Assembly: GCF_000002075.1 (NCBI RefSeq)
Contig: NW_004797656.1
Location: 73,308-137,307, forward strand
DNA from: Aplysia californica
Lineage: Eukaryota
Reading direction: 5' to 3'
Length of the DNA: 64,000 nucleotides
The translations under genes and the position numbers were made by a program. Below are positions 63,057 through 64,000 of the stretch, piece after piece; within the stretch, counting starts at the first letter, position 1; the number at the start of each line of letters is the position of its first letter. The notes beneath the pieces were generated by a model. The model searched no databases and was not told the DNA's origin. It saw only the letters and a list, made by a program, of their open reading frames with translations.

Positions 63057-64000
63057 GTAAGTTGACCAGAATATATCATACTATAGAAACTTAATGACAT
63101 GCACTGTTTGTTAATAAAGTATGTTTTACTTCAAATTTCCTAACACTATGACTGGACCGTAGATAGATGTTATGAGTGCATTCAACAAACAAGGCAAAAC
63201 TTGTTTATAATGCCAACTATCTATAAGTTGCTTTTGAACTTTAGCAGGTTTGAAATGCAATTTTGCTTTACACATTTTGCCATTTGAAATGTATGTACGT
63301 GTACAATGTTCGTGTACCTTTTTGGTTTTTTGGTGGTAATAGTACTTTAACTCACTTCAGATGATTCCCGCAACAGTTGCGTGATCCCCGCTGCAATGAT
63401 TCCCGAAATCCTGCGTGATCAACTTTGGAATGTTGTTTTTTTTCGCTATACAAACCACGCACGCATCGCATGATCCATCTCGTGCCCTTGTTTGGCCAGT
63501 CCTGAGCTACTTAGACTTAGTTTCATATCTCTGTGGCCAATAGTTTTAAAGTAATTGAAGATGAAGGACCGTTTCCCCAACTGGGGTTGAACTGACTGGA
63601 ACTCGCGCTATGTTTTTTCGATACAACTGATAGTAATTTGACAGTCGTGTCGAAGTAACGGTCGAAGAAGTCGCATGAACAAGAATCATATAATTTCACG
63701 TTTTACTAGTTCTGGTGACTCAGAATATGATGTGTCTGATAGTTAGGACCCTGGATATGTTCCCGAACATGGCCCGAGTCGTAGTTTTAGGGCTAGATCT
63801 AGCACTAGTACTGGTTTACTGGTTCTGTTGTTAGCGCAACGAAATCACAACTTCGTGCCCTGCTTCTGTCTCATGTAATTCAGTGCATGGGTCTGAATCA
63901 ACGCTCAGCCCAGTTTTTGTATTTTCACCAAACACTCACACATGCATACAAATCAAAACAGAACACTTTGAACTTTTATTTTTGTGGTTGTTGCGAATTT

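Overview
AT-rich, repeat-dense eukaryotic (animal) genomic DNA with GT-AG introns and seven N-gaps. The repeat landscape resembles a lophotrochozoan or mollusc, but the taxon cannot be proven from this window. Most entries in the ORF track are spurious. Manual splicing gives three multi-exon genes. (1) PBDC1 on +: five coding exons, 3524-10634, first exon not found. (2) A C10orf67/DUF4709-family coiled-coil gene on -: 19 core exons, 14121-49674, about 592 aa. (3) LCMT2/TYW4 on +: 11 exons from 50078, continuing past the window end. C10orf67 and LCMT2 are head-to-head, with 403 bp between their ATGs. Introns hold many non-autonomous DNA transposons (piggyBac-type TTAA, Tc1/pogo-type TA, hAT-type 8-bp TSD), truncated LINEs and SINEs, some nested. 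The most interesting signal is a candidate chain of four microexons (20+12+11+14 nt) in one C10orf67 intron that together keep the reading frame. Other notable signals are an inverted LINE pair bracketing LCMT2 exons 2-8, a telomere-like G-rich array with a regular spacer inside inverted repeats, and TAGATCTA motifs clustered at gene 5' ends.
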